Below are positions 23,401 to 36,007 of a stretch of DNA of 36,007 bases, piece by piece; position 1 is the stretch's first letter; every line of letters begins with the position of its first letter. Position numbers and translations under genes: made by a program. Origin of the DNA: Porpidia crustulata (lineage: Eukaryota); NCBI GenBank assembly GCA_964255105.1, contig CAXUWE010000008.1, positions 1 to 36,007 on the forward strand, written 5' to 3'. Below the pieces are notes generated by a model that was given only the letters and a program-made list of their open reading frames with translations, searched no databases and had not been told where the DNA came from.

Positions 23401-25149
23401 GGAGAAGCCTGATCTCTCAATCCTGAAAGGCCTGACTTTAAATAAGCAAGGTAATGTAGTTGGCCCTGAGGGTGTGCCAATTGCCCGACTTGTTGAGGGC
23501 AACGCAAAAGAGCTCGCTGGCCGAAAATGCGACGAAGAAGGCCAAATCTGGAATGACGCTGGCAAGGTTGTCGGTCGTTGCGAGCTCATCCCAGAGAATG
23601 AGCGTATGGACAAGCCGGAAGGTCCTTTCGCAGGCCTGGAAGACGTTGTTGTAGTAAAGGATGGCTGGGTTGAGGATGGAGATGGAAATGTTGTGGGACA
23701 AGTCGTCGAAGGTGATGCCAAAAGACTGGTCGGTCGTGCTGTGGACGAAGACGGAGACATTATCGATAAGTTTGGCAATGTTAAAGGCCACGCTGAACCA
23801 TATGATGCACCTGAGGAAGAGGAGGTAGATCTGTCGATGCTGGATGGCAAAGTTGTGAACAAGGCGGGAAATGTTGTGGATGAGCATGGCACGATATTTG
23901 GTCGCGTGGCGGAAGGCGATCCTAAGGTGTTGGCTGGGAAGTCGGTCGATGGAAAAGGCCAGATCTGGGGTAGCAACGGAAAGGTCGTCGGAAGAGCAGA
24001 ACTCATCCCAGGAGGTGTACCCCAGAAACCCGAAGGACCGTTTGCAGGTTTCGAGAACGTTGTCGTCGCCAAGGACGGTCTTTGCAAAGATTCAACGGGC
24101 GAAACCGTCGGCAGAGTTATCGAAGGCGATGCTGAGAAACTTCAAGGCCGCAAGGTGGACGATGATGGAGACATCCTTGACACATCTGGTAATCCTATAG
24201 GAAAAGCAGAGCGGTACACGGAGCCAGAGAAAGAGAGGACTATCAATCCGATGTCAGGCCACAAAGTAAATAAGGAAGGAGAAGTTCGTGATGAGAACGG
24301 TGAATTACTTGGTCGGGTTACTGATGGCCACCTACCCTCCCTCATTGGCAAGGAGGTCAACGACGACGGATATGTAATTGACAATGATGGCAACAAGGTT
24401 GGCGAATGTACACTGATCGAGAACATTCCCGAACCTGAGGAAGTCGACGAGGGCCCAACAGATGAGGAGCTCGCAGAAATGAAGAAACAGGAAGAGGATA
24501 GGGAAGTAGCGAAGAAGATGAACTACATTCTCCAGCAGACGCTGGATAAGATGGAGCCTCTTTGCAAGAACATCACTGAGGTAAGATCTGTATCCATGTC
24601 TTCCCATTTCATGTACTAACATAGAAACAGCGCATCGAACGAGCAGACCGAACACCAAAGGAAGAGCTTGACGAAGAGCAACTTGTCCAGGACGTGAGAC
24701 CCATGATCGAAGAAGGTAGTCGTATCCTGCAAGAATGCAACGGAGCCATCCGAGGGCTTGACCCAGACGGACACGTTGCTGCCAATGCCAAGGCAAGAGC
24801 TGCCAGTGGAGAGGCGACCAAAGAAGAGTATGCCGTCGCCGAGTCACTCAAGACCCTGACTGCTACGGTTGTCACCACCATCGAGAACGCCAAGAAGAAG
24901 ATCAACGACATGCCACACGCGAAGAAGGAACTCAACCCACTGTGGGGTCTCTTGACCGAGCCATTGTTCCAGATTCTCGCCGCCGTTGGCCTGTTGCTCA
25001 GCGGTGTCCTCGGACTCGTTGGCAAGTTACTGGGTGGACTCGGACTCGGCGGCCTGGTCAATGGACTGCTTGGTGGCTTGGGTATCGACAAGCTACTCGG
25101 CAGCATCACCAAATCGCTAGGCATTCCCGGTCTTGGAGGGAAGAAGTGA
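20486..25149 (+). CDS. Large acidic LEA-domain-like protein with 14 DUF3659-type repeats, 2 exons
   Basis: ORF of over 1400 codons with repeated LxGLKVNKxGxIxDxDGxxIGxLxEGD...GxVIGrAE units. Intron 24581-24630 (TACTAAC branch point). Helical, Gly/Leu-rich C-terminus. The start could instead be the in-frame ATG at 20297. Confidence 0.88.
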
Positions 25150-25816
25150 TGGATACGGTTTATTCGCGCGGTGTGTTTTTACAGATTGATGTATGCTTCC
25201 TTTTGATAGCGTTCGGTCCACAAAAGGGGTTTGGTTGTTGAATAGCGTGTATTTTTCTCCGTGCGGCCTCCTGTGTACATTAAATTAATAATGAGCGCCT
25301 TTCACCTCTATATGACTCCTCATGAAAAGTGTTTACGTTTACACACTCGACACGACAATCATAAGACGAAATAACTCGAGCCTGGACCTCAAGCGTGTTC
25401 TTGTAGTGTCACTGCTTGCTAAGCTGGGAAATTTTCATCTCTACAATTGAAACGGCATGGCACTGAACGGTGAATTTGATATCTCAAAAGGTGAGTCGTC
25501 GAAATATGCACTGTGAATGGATGTGAGATTACGAATAGTGGACACCACAATTGATTCAACCCAAATTTATTCACTTCACTTGGTGTGATTACTTAATTGC
25601 CCATACCTAAGGTAAGTGCGCCCTCTACCTGCGTTCTACGCATCTAGGCTGCTTTGCAGAAAGTACAGTCAGTAGTGGTGGTGCACTCCCATCCTGTATC
25701 ACAGATCGAAGTCAATCTCAGATATGTGCGGAAGATGCAAGAGAGTAGTCGATGACTGGCTATGTATGTGTAGCTCATCACAGACCCATCAAGACGGTGA
25801 CATGTACCAGAGCTGT

Positions 25817-27536
25817 TCAGTCTCCTTTGCGAGGGACTCTCCCGTTCATGACCTGCTTTTCCATTGCCTTTCCATTGACTTCGACCGTGCCTCCTACCGC
25901 GCCTTGATTAGGAGCGGCTTTGGCGGTTATGGTCAAGCAGTTGATGCCTAAGTAAGCACAGATGCTATCGATCACTAGGAAAGCCCAACGGAAATATACA
26001 ATCAAAGCAAAGGCTAAGTATGCCCTTAGATACCAGAGCTCGACATATGCACTTATGGCCGGTAGGCCTACTCTAGGCAGGTTACCTAGCACGGCACCAC
26101 CTATCAGAGGTAGCAACATGACGGTCCAGTATGGAAATGGCTGCCGTGTCAGATGAGCAAGTATGATCTTGGTGGTCATACGCCCGAAGACAAAGGACAT
26201 GGTCACACAGAAGAGAACCAGCCTGTTATCGCGCATCAGAGTCGAGTACGGCGAGTAGAGCCATATGCCGATGGCTCCGACATAAACAGCCATTGGTGTC
26301 CACTCAAGGAATACTGGAGCGACAGGGAGGCCCTGTGCTCGACGAGCCTTTACAACATTGTATACGCATGCTGGAAGGTGGGCAACAAAGAACGAGAATA
26401 GTAGGATTGGTATCCACAGATCTATCAGAGAAGAAGAGCCGAATATCTCGGGCTGATCGACAAGCTCAGTAATGGGCCGAGTCCAGATATGAGGTCCATA
26501 GTAGCCAGATAGGGTCATCAGCGTACATGCTAGGATCAAGCCCTCTGCAATTATCTCGTCAGCTGAGCTTCCAGAATTTGAAAGACTAGTACAACCTGTA
26601 GGCCCGTTGAAGTATCCAAGGTATAAAGTATGTGTGTGGTACGTCTCCCAGGTTGAGAAGAACATGGGCAGGCATGGTAACAAGGCAGTAAATACCCCCT
26701 TCCGCGACGGTCCCAAACCCATTGCGGCCGTTTCACACAAACTCGCTAGCGTGCAATTTAGAGAGTCGATTCCGTGGCTGCAACTCGATTAGAGGTGGAC
26801 TTGTTGGCCATTCAGTGGTGAGAACATACTCGAAGAGCTCTCCTAGCCCACTAGATTGCCCTGTTCTCCGTGCTTGTTTGCCATCAATGTTATCCATAGT
26901 CGAATACCTAGCTCCACAAACCGAATCAGCTCTACCATCCCAGAACCCTGATTTTCCCAAACTCTCACATCCATAACCCAACAGCAAAGCTATAGTACAA
27001 CCATGACGGACCCTAACGCGTTTATTTAGTTCCCAAGGCAATAAGTCCGCCACTGGATGAGACAAGAAATGAGCTAGCCTACCGGCCCTATCAAGTCTGG
27101 CATGAAGACCTCGAGGCAAATGACATTGCCTAGAATACAGAAGAAACCCAGGAGGGTTACCATGTTGGGAGCCAGCCATAATGGTAGTAGTTCAACGACG
27201 GCATTCCACTGTAAGTTTCTAGACGTCAGCGTCAAGCTCTTGACAGAAGTAGGAGCTTCCCAACATACATAATGCTTGAGAATATACCTCGAAATAAGAG
27301 ATTTATCTACGCTCGAGTACTTGTAGGACTTGAGGTGCACGAGTGCTTCTTCTGAGACACACTCATGGGCAGCGGTACCTGCACTCAGCTCAGCTTCTTA
27401 TCCTGTCCGATAGCAGAAATTGGAGGATGCATATTAGCGCAACGGAAGTTCGAGCTGACGTACTATCCTTCATCCCACGGGCTCCTGATAGACTTTTGGG
27501 TTTCTCCGTATCTCTATGAAGGGGAAGAAGTGACAT
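25817..27536 (-). CDS. EPT1: sn-1,2-diacylglycerol choline/ethanolaminephosphotransferase (CPT1/EPT1 family), 7 exons
   Basis: YKYSSVDKS, LAPNMVTLLG, CDP-alcohol phosphotransferase motif [51 protein letters not shown]; six GT-AG introns. Substrate specificity (EPT1 vs CPT1) cannot be resolved here. Confidence 0.92.
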
Positions 27537-27860
27537 GAGACATGTAAGAAGCTCTTCACGACATTTTTATGCTGCAGGTCAGCTTTTTGAAATTTTGTGG
27601 CTTGCACGGAGCAGCAGATAGCACGATTCGTCGTTGGCAAGTTTAGGAAGAACTGTGGAGGAAGAGGGGCCCAGTAGCCGAGCTCCCAAAAGAGGCGCGA
27701 TGGCGCCGTGCGACTCTTGGGGGTCTTCAGGTACCAACTCTACTCGGTACCGCCAGCCATGCACAACGTCCATTAAGGAAAATTTCAGGTATTTAACTAC
27801 GATTACCGTGCGACTGCTTGATTTTGATTCTAATTCTACGGTTTAATACGTTGATGTATT

Positions 27861-28977
27861 TCACATGCCAAGGATCCCACCTGAGGCTTCAACCTTAGAC
27901 AATAGAGGCACTGCAATAATACCATTCCCAATCTTCACTTTCACCGTATCCACAGATACATGAAATCCTATGGCCTGATCCTTCAATCTAATACGAAGCA
28001 TTGATACCATTTCTTCAGACGGAGCTTTCAGCGTCCAGCCAATGCTAATATGAAATTGGGAGGGTCTATCCACCCTTTTCTCGTCTCTCGATGCCCTTTG
28101 GGAGGTCAATCCCGTCGACAGAACGTCTCCTTGCATGTCCAATTTCGTGATGTCTGACTGGTCAAGCATCTGATATTCGGCAGAATTTAATAATGGCAGC
28201 TCTTCGGCATAAAGTTGTGGCTGCTTGAAGGCTTTCGCAACTGTGTTTGAGCATCGGAGAAGCCTGTCCAGCTCATTTCCAGCACATGCCTGAGCCTCCA
28301 TAACCAGGAACCAACGAGTCTTTTCATTATTGGCAACCCAGCGGAGACCATCAAGATGAAGACTAAAACTGGATTATGTTAAAATCCAATTTCCCCCGCA
28401 CGTGGACATCAACCTACGGGCGAATACCAGATTTGGTAACTGCGAGAGTCAAGGCCCCAACAAAAGTTTGACGCTCATGCGCAACAAGTACCATCGATCT
28501 GGATAGACTGATGTGAAGGGGTAACTCTGCACCAAGATCACTGTCCAGCAGACTATGAACATGGCCGTCTATGCGTTGTGAATTTATCTTGCTCAGTATC
28601 TCACGTAGATGATTCGATTCCTCTTCTAGAGGATGCCCTCGTACCCATTAGCCCTCATTTCCAATATCAAAGCTCAAGGGCCAAATGCAAGGCTCACACT
28701 CTACATATACATGAGTCGGCCATTGCCCTTCGACATGTGGTACAGCTCGCTGCCTTCCGCCGTGCAGGCTTGGGTCGTCGGTGTTGCTGATCCTTGACGT
28801 TGATGCGTAAAGATCATGAAAGGTGATTGGCAATGGTGGTAGATCAGAACTTGCGTCTTTGACATTTTTCTCTTTAGACGAAGAGCCACCGACGTTATTC
28901 TCTGTAGCCTTTGACGGAGCGTCTACTTGACTATCGCTCGAGTCTTCTGAATCAGAATAATCAACCAAAGCCATCAT
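27861..28977 (-). CDS. USB1: U6 snRNA phosphodiesterase (2H family), 3 exons
   Basis: MALVDYSDS start, HGGRQRAVPHVEGQWPTHVY, two catalytic HxS motifs (LHISLS, FHISIGW), NNEKTRWFL, KVKIGN. Confidence 0.92.
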
Positions 28978-29598
28978 CTCGTCAGGTCGATATCAATCGC
29001 GATATAATTTGGGCGTGGGATATCCACTTAAGCTTAAATGGCGCTCCACTCAAGGTTGAGACCGGGAGCCGGTGACGTTGCCTTGCCGGTATCAACTCCG
29101 CTACTCTGCGGATGAAAACTCCAGTAAGAGTACAGGTCATAATCCATGCATAGGTAGATGGAGGGTGTCTTGTTTGCTTTGGTCAAGTCCCGCGGTGTTT
29201 CAGTCGCTGAGATAATGAAGAAGTTTTTTTGTTTATCTTAGACACTCAAGTCCTTGCCGTCACGAGACCCTAATTGTAGAACTTGATTAAAATCACTAAA
29301 TAATTCTCTCTCGATGCATGACTTATGACCGGTACTCTTACCTTTCGTGGAGCGATGCCGTGACCGACCGAGACACGATTCCACCGCCTCTGTTTACACA
29401 TTAATCTTCAGGTCAATGCGTTGTGACGATCCCATGATTGGAATACATGAAGATTATCGTAATTCGGGTGAAATATCATGTACGCCATATAAGCACGTCT
29501 TCTCTGGGTCCATCAAAAGATAATTTTGTACAATCTCATACGCTGAGTCGAAACCTCAATCCCCCCCCCAAAATGATCCCTGAATTCCATCGAATCCC

Positions 29599-30294
29599 TC
29601 ACTTGGGACAAACGGCCCCACACTGCGATGTCCCACACGCCCCGCCTACAACCTTGCAGCCCAAATCCCCCAAAAGCACGACGTTGTTGAACTCGGAGTA
29701 TGCTTTTTCGATCAAAAACGTACCCTTCTGCACAAATACTAGATCGATGCCCGCGACAGGAATGGGAGACATGCGTAGACTCCAGCGGAAGGTGAAGGAG
29801 TCGCAGCCGTGGGCGTTGGCGACAACGTCGAATTTGGCGGCAGGAGATTGGGATGTTGCGGCGGTTTGGCCGGCGATGAATGCGGCTTTGGAGGAGTATT
29901 GAGGATTGGAGAACTGCAACATGTGTTAATCTCTGGCAGTGTGGATGTGGTACATGGGAAGGAATGGGAAGGGGTGTTGGGAGGGTAATGGTGCCGGAGG
30001 AGACATGGGTGGGCGTACTGGGGGGCTTTGGCCAGGGGTAATGGCGTTCGTGCTTTCGGAAAACAGCTTGAAATCATCCGTGAGGCTCTTGCCGGCGAGG
30101 ACTGGGTCGAGCTTCTCAAAGAAGCTGATCCATCGACGGAGGAGACTGTTGGCGTCGCGGTCTGTTATACAGCCATGACGTTCGCTGTGGTTGTCTTTAT
30201 TGTCATCATCGTAGTCATCATTGGGGTGGGGGGAAGCGAGAATGGTGACGACGAGGGTAAGGAGGAGGACGAGGTAGAGAGGTTGGCTGCGCAT
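29599..30294 (-). CDS. Small secreted protein, probable NTF2-like fold, 2 exons
   Basis: Hydrophobic signal peptide; phase-0 intron 30018-29914; pattern C.TD..A...W...L.DDF...SES, SKAAFI..Q, C..FTFRW, PVAGI, AYSEFN resembles an uncharacterised fungal secreted family. Confidence 0.75.
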
Positions 30295-32587
30295 ACTGAT
30301 TGACGGTGTCTTTGGTTATTTTGAAATGAATCGTGCAGATTGAGGAGTGGTATAGAGAAGGGAAAACCGGGGAATTGAGGCAGTCTTTTATACACTGGAA
30401 AGACACGACCCTCCTTAGATGAAGAAATAGCACTTTGGGAACAATCATGCCATAGTCGAGGGTAAGAGCAGGAGCTGAAAAGCCCAAAGCCTGATGTTGA
30501 CCTTCGTACTTCAAGCGCTCCTACGAGACCATCGATCGACCAGTGAGGGAAGTTTGCGAGAAAAAGGGGCTGCGCCTAGACCAAAAACCAAGATCAAGTG
30601 GGAGACTAGCTAACACATAAAGAATTGCTTTACAATGGAAACTTCTAAACTGAAGCACAATATAGCGGCATGGAGAACTGATGAGATGCCGGGCTGCTTC
30701 TGCTGGTAAGGCCTCAAGCCTCCAAGTGAAATTTCCTGGCTTCTGCGTTAGCGCTGCTGGAAATACCGTCCATATCGAGCTTAACATCAGAGCCATCACG
30801 GGGGAATGCTGTATTCCAGTCTCCCTACTATAAGCGAAGCTATAGAGCCAAGACCAGAGGCGTCGACAAGCCTTTTGTCAGCACCGTCAGTCAAGATTGA
30901 GATACACGCTAGTGACCGAGAAGAGGGCATAAGGCTCACAAGAGCAGAAGCTGAGTGGCTACCACGTAATAAACAGCAACGCCAGGATGCCAAGAGGGAG
31001 TTGGCGAGTCTGGACCTTAGCCCCGCTTTTACAGGGCTGGCGCCGTGGCTCGCTAAGGGACAGCCTTAAGGATTTAGGGTTTGCCCTGTCTGAATCTGAT
31101 CTGGCAGAGAATCGCCCAGAATCGAGCTTCAGCTCAAGTAGTGGGGATTATAACGCAGTGCTATCTCAGCAGGCTTTCAATAGCAGCCGCTTCTGTAAGC
31201 TAAACTATCTGGGGCCCACACTCTCCCAACTTGATGTACGATCATCTGACGGACTGGGTTGGACGAGCGATATCACCGGCTTGGAGGGTGAGCTGCGAGT
31301 GAGGCCAGACTCAGGAGATATTGATGTCAAGAATCTGTTCTTTCACAGGAGGAGATGCTATTTGACTCGTTCCGGGTTCGAAATATCGCGTGATCGTGCA
31401 TCGTATCATTAGCTTTCATCCGCTCCCTAATCCCCCTTCGACAGACATCCCTCTAGATTCTACCCACCTTCCTTTGTTCAAAGGCTTCTCTTGCCTTCGC
31501 TCTCTCTTTCCTTCTTCACTACAATCTCTTTATCGTCTCTGATACTCTTTTCTCATGCATTTATCTCCAATTTCTCCGTCGTCAACGATCACATCGGGGC
31601 CTCCACCTTCTTATCGACGCTCGACACAAACATCTCCCCCCCTCCACCTCCCTGTCCCTCGAGATCTCTTCCTCCGCCTTCTCCTACGTCCTGTCCATGT
31701 TCAACACATTCTTAGATACCTTTGCTTAAATCTTATCAGATTCCACAGCCTATCTAAGGTATCACTCAGTGTCTAAAACCTTAACTCTATGTGCCTAGTC
31801 TGCCTTTGCTTATCCTCCCATTCTTCACAAAGACTATACGCTTTGGGACTGTGCGATTGATTAATGGGGTCGAAGAAGCCGGCACAGGACCGCAGGCATG
31901 GTGCTCGGTGACGGGATCTCCAACCTCAGGATAGGGCGCTGCACAGGGCCCGGAGAAAGCCGTGGTTCAAACATTCAACTCTCCTTGTTTTAGATCAGAA
32001 CTCAAAAAATTTATGATCCTCTAGTCAAATCTAATCAAAAGAGGTTTCAGTCAAAAAACAAAGAACGAGTTTATAAACCATCAAATACTTAACTTTCCGA
32101 TGGGGTAGCACAGGCACCTGGCTGAGTGAGTTGGACAGAGTCAAGGGTGAGTGGCAAGTGAGTACGCAATCAGCCTCGGTACTTTAAACGTCAAAGTTCG
32201 CAAAGGGTTACAGAAGTCATTGTAGCAAATCACGTCTCTCATCGATCAAAGTGCTGCAATGACTTTTGTAATTCTCTTATGGCTGACGTACCGAAAGTAC
32301 CTACCTAGCTAAGCGCCATTTTCACGGAGCACATCAGTGGTGCCTAAGCTTACTAACCCGATGAGGAGGGCTAGTAGGTTTTTGAAGGTCGCCCTAAGGC
32401 ACCTAAGCACTTATTTCTTGACCGCGTGGCCATCAGCACGCTGTGAACAGTATTATCTCCTACTTTATTTTCAGTGATCACCTTCGCCCTCCACCAAGTC
32501 TTTATTGCGTTGTTGCTCCCTAAGTCGACGCTTCAATGTAAGCAGTGAGGTCTACATCAAATCTCGAGTTCACCTAGACCCTAAGTC

Positions 32588-33865
32588 ATGGCGGCGGATG
32601 ATAAGCAATGGGTATGAAGAGCAAACAGTCAATAAACACCGTACAATGTTCCCTTGGCTGATAGCTTGACCAGGCTTCCAAGTACCTGCTGGACCCCCTC
32701 AATGCTCCAGAGCCGAGTCAAGAAACCGGTCCTGGGACGCACTACTCATCCACCTTTGACCCCTCGCTTAGCCATCGACCTGCGGCGGAGCTGTCCGCAC
32801 AAAACAAAGCGCCTCCTATACACACCAGAAATGGAAGCTCCAGTAATCATAACGAATATCCATCGCCTCCTGCTTCGGCCAGTCCGCGTCGAAAAAGGGT
32901 CTCAAATAATCGCGAAGAAGCATTCTCCACACACAGTGATAGCAAAAGTGCTTTGAATCGAGATAGTCAAGCTTCTAGTCAGCTCCCCACGTCGACCGAA
33001 GGTTCAAGTGGGTCTACTAGAGGACTGCGACGGAATAGCTCTTTGTCGTCCCGCTTCAATGGCGATCAATCGCACCGCCCTCTTGAGATGATCAAGCGAG
33101 ATGCCAAGCTCGCAAATCGCGCTCCACATCTTCGCAAAAAGAACCACGTTGGCCCGGATGTGATTGACGTTCTGGATAACATTGGGCCAGGGGCTTATCA
33201 TCATGAGGGTCCTTACGATGCGACCTTGACTGCCAGGAACAACAAGCCTACGTTCAGCCCCGTCGAGGCCGTGAGATCCTCAAATGAAGAGACGCTGAAA
33301 GCCACCCCAAAAGAGAAGATTCAAGACAGCATTGAAAAACATCGTCCATTGGATGGGGTGGCAATGGTTCCTTCAGGTAATTCTATGGTGTCAATCTGCA
33401 AGTCAATAATACAACTTTCTAAATGGTATCGACTACAGGAATGACCGACTCTATGGGTCGCAAATATGAGTATGAAGAAGGCGCAGACATGATGATTGAG
33501 AATGGGGGAAATTACAAGCGCTGGCCTGGAGTGGTGTGTCCCATCGTTGAAGTAATTGAGATCGCTACTAATCGCTCGTCAAGCAATACCACCCGGACGA
33601 TCACAAGGGCAAAGGCGAGCCATCGTATTCGATAGAGAGAGCCTTGAAGGAACACAAAGATCGTGGTCGTCGTATGGCCGATAGGGACACTGGGATCGAA
33701 ATGACTCCGCGCCGTACCACAGGCTCTGGGATGGAAGTACTAATTCCTAGCAATGGACAAAGGTATAGCGACCGGGAAGGCAGTATGCGCCGCAGTACGT
33801 CGCTCCGAAGGGCTGGCGGGTCATATAGGAAGCGCGTGGGAAAAGCTGGGGGAGAAGACCTTTGA
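32588..33865 (+). CDS. PAL1: Pal1 cell-morphology family protein, 4 exons
   Basis: WASKYLLDPLNAPEPSQETGPG, DVIDVLD, signature HHEGPYDATL.ARN, SPVEAV, HRPLDGVA, YKRWPG, KGKGEPSYSIE. First two introns start at 32612 and 33377, third at ~33534. Confidence 0.88.
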
Positions 33866-34512
33866 ATGAAACATTGGCAGTTAGAGTGTGACGATCGAAG
33901 ACGATATATCAACCAAATTCCAATGAGAAACACAAAACACGAGACAAACGAAGATCCCAAAAGCACTCACAACTAGAACGGTTTCTATACAATGACAAGT
34001 GGCTAATGATGGATCATACACGGTGGCGTTGAGCCACAGATTCATAGAAATAGAAAGCGAACCCAGTAATCAAATGCTATTCTTAACCTTAGGGTGTGGT
34101 GGTCTATGAATTAGTTCAGGAACATTGCGGCGCTTACGACGAAGCCGACCGTGGCGACTCGTCATAGCCGCAACCTAATAATTGTGTCTAGCGATAATGC
34201 CAACAGAGCCTCAAGAGGCCAGATAGTTTAAGAGTCTCGAAATTCGTGTGCTACAATACACGAGATATTTGTCTTCGTAGACACAGACATTTCCCAGATA
34301 ACTAAGTTGAGATACACAGATCAATCATTCTTTGTCCAGTTTTTCATAGCCAATTCCTTCCAGCTGCCTAGGTACTTCCGATCTGCATCAGCTTACCAAT
34401 AGGCCCAACATTTTGTACCGGATTCTCAGGGAATCATGCCACACCGATAATTAGAAGTCGACTGCATTCGAATTTTTCCATCTGCACTTCCGGAGATCCC
34501 TGAGACAGCAAT

Positions 34513-36007
34513 ATGCGGTCCGCTGCGAATGTGTTCTACCTGGCAGTTTTTGCGCTGCTAGGACCTGCTCACACCAGCAGCAGTCCAGATGGGAAATCAC
34601 AGTTAACAGCTTCAGAAACATGTGCGGTGAGTGGAATTATCGTTAACTCTTGACTCCTGAAGGCCAGATCAACTTATTGTAAGCTAGATAAACCCCAAAT
34701 CGATCGTCTCCGATGCTTGCGCCTCTTACTCCACCCTCGATTCTCTCAACAAAGCTCTCTCACCGTCCCTCAAAGGGATAACTCAGTCTACCGACTTCTT
34801 CTCCTACTATCGTCTCAATTTGTTCGATAAGACATGTTCAGTTCGTGCCTGGGATGACGAGACGGGTACCTGTGGCAACATAGCCTGTAAAGTTGACACG
34901 CTCGAAGATGAAAAAGACATACCCTTAGTATGGAGGGCGAAAGCGCTTAGCAAACTAGAGGGACCCAAGGCTGCACATCCAGGTCGAAAATTGCAGCAAG
35001 AAAGAGGTAGTCAAAGACCGCTGCAAGGAACGCTGGGAGACGATGTCGGAGAGAGCTGTGTGGTGGAGTACGACGACGAATGCGATGATCGGGATTATTG
35101 TGTCCCAGAAGATGAAAGTGCAACCGCCAAAGGCGACTATGTCAGTCTGGTAGAGAATCCCGAGCGGTTCACCGGCTATGCAGGGGCAAACGTCTGGGAC
35201 GCCATTTATCGAGAAAATTGCTTCTCCAAAGATATCTCCGCCACTCCCTCTACCGGCAACACACAACCCCTCGGCATCTTCAAAGCTGCAAACGACCTCC
35301 GTACCGTCATCCAAGCTGGCTCGCCTTCGTCCGATCTCCCCCTTGATGACGAATGCCTTGAGAAGCGCGTCTTCCACCGCGTCATAAGCGGTATGCATGC
35401 CTCAATCACCACGCACATATGCAACGACTACCTAAATCAAACGACTGGAACCTGGGGCCCAAACCTCCAGTGCTATCAAGACCGCCTCGCCAACCACCCA
35501 GAACGCATCTCAAACCTCTACTTCAACTACGCTCTCCTCCTTCGGGCCGTCACAAAATTACGCACTTACCTCAAAAACTACACGTTCTGCTCCGGCGATG
35601 CCATCCAGGACTCTAGTACCCGTACCGCTGTTCTGGCTCTTGCAGACGCCGCCGCAAAACAACCACGCATCTTCGATGAGGACAGTATGTTTCAGGATCC
35701 CAACGACACGCAACTGAAAGAGGATTTTCGCAACCGATTCAGAAACGTCAGCAGCCTGATGGACTGCGTCGGATGCGACAAGTGCCGGCTGTGGGGGAAG
35801 CTCCAAACCGTTGGGTACGGCACAGCGCTCAAAGTGCTATTCGAATACGACGAGATGAAGAATGGCGAAAACCCCCCTCTCCGCAGAACAGAGCTCGTCG
35901 CGCTCGTCAACACCCTCGACCGCGTGTCCAACAGCCTCACCGCCCTCGGCCGCCACCCCGACAACAACCACCCCCACCCCCAACAAACCCACCCACACCA
36001 CCCCCCC
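34513..36007 (+). CDS. ERO1: Endoplasmic reticulum oxidoreductin 1 (3'-partial)
   Basis: Signal peptide, intron 34627-34687, DFFSYYRLNL, CGNIAC, NPERFTGY, CLEKRVFHRVISGMHASI, active-site MDCVGCDKCRLWGKLQ. No stop before the window end, which is why the ORF track omits it. Confidence 0.96.

Noticed and set aside
20968..24426. Long Ser/Pro-rich minus-strand ORFs (for example 578 aa at 20968-22704)
   Set aside because: Antisense shadows of the Glu/Asp/Gly-rich repeat gene.
34955..35967. Short ORFs listed in the track over the last kilobase
   Set aside because: Alternative-frame or antisense shadows of ERO1.

Overview
Eukaryotic DNA from a filamentous ascomycete (Pezizomycotina), judged from short GT-AG introns with CTAAC/CTGAC-type branch points and typical fungal genes. 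The window has two compartments. (1) About 1-13,020 is decayed accessory DNA. It looks like an ancient direct duplication of an orphan module of about 4.5 kb (copy 1 ~18-4560, copy 2 ~7245-11850, offset ~7.25-7.38 kb). Each copy holds a long broken minus-strand gene (X), a shorter minus-strand gene (Y), internal repeats and a GC-rich hairpin. A frameshifted HET-domain gene fills the spacer between the copies. An (AT)n microsatellite closes the block. (2) About 14,100-36,007 is ordinary gene-dense core genome: an IQ calmodulin-binding protein, SER1, a large DUF3659-repeat LEA-like protein, a choline/ethanolaminephosphotransferase, USB1, a small secreted NTF2-like protein, a Pal1-family protein and ERO1 (truncated by the window end). 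All alignments and gene models were made by eye; no database search was run.
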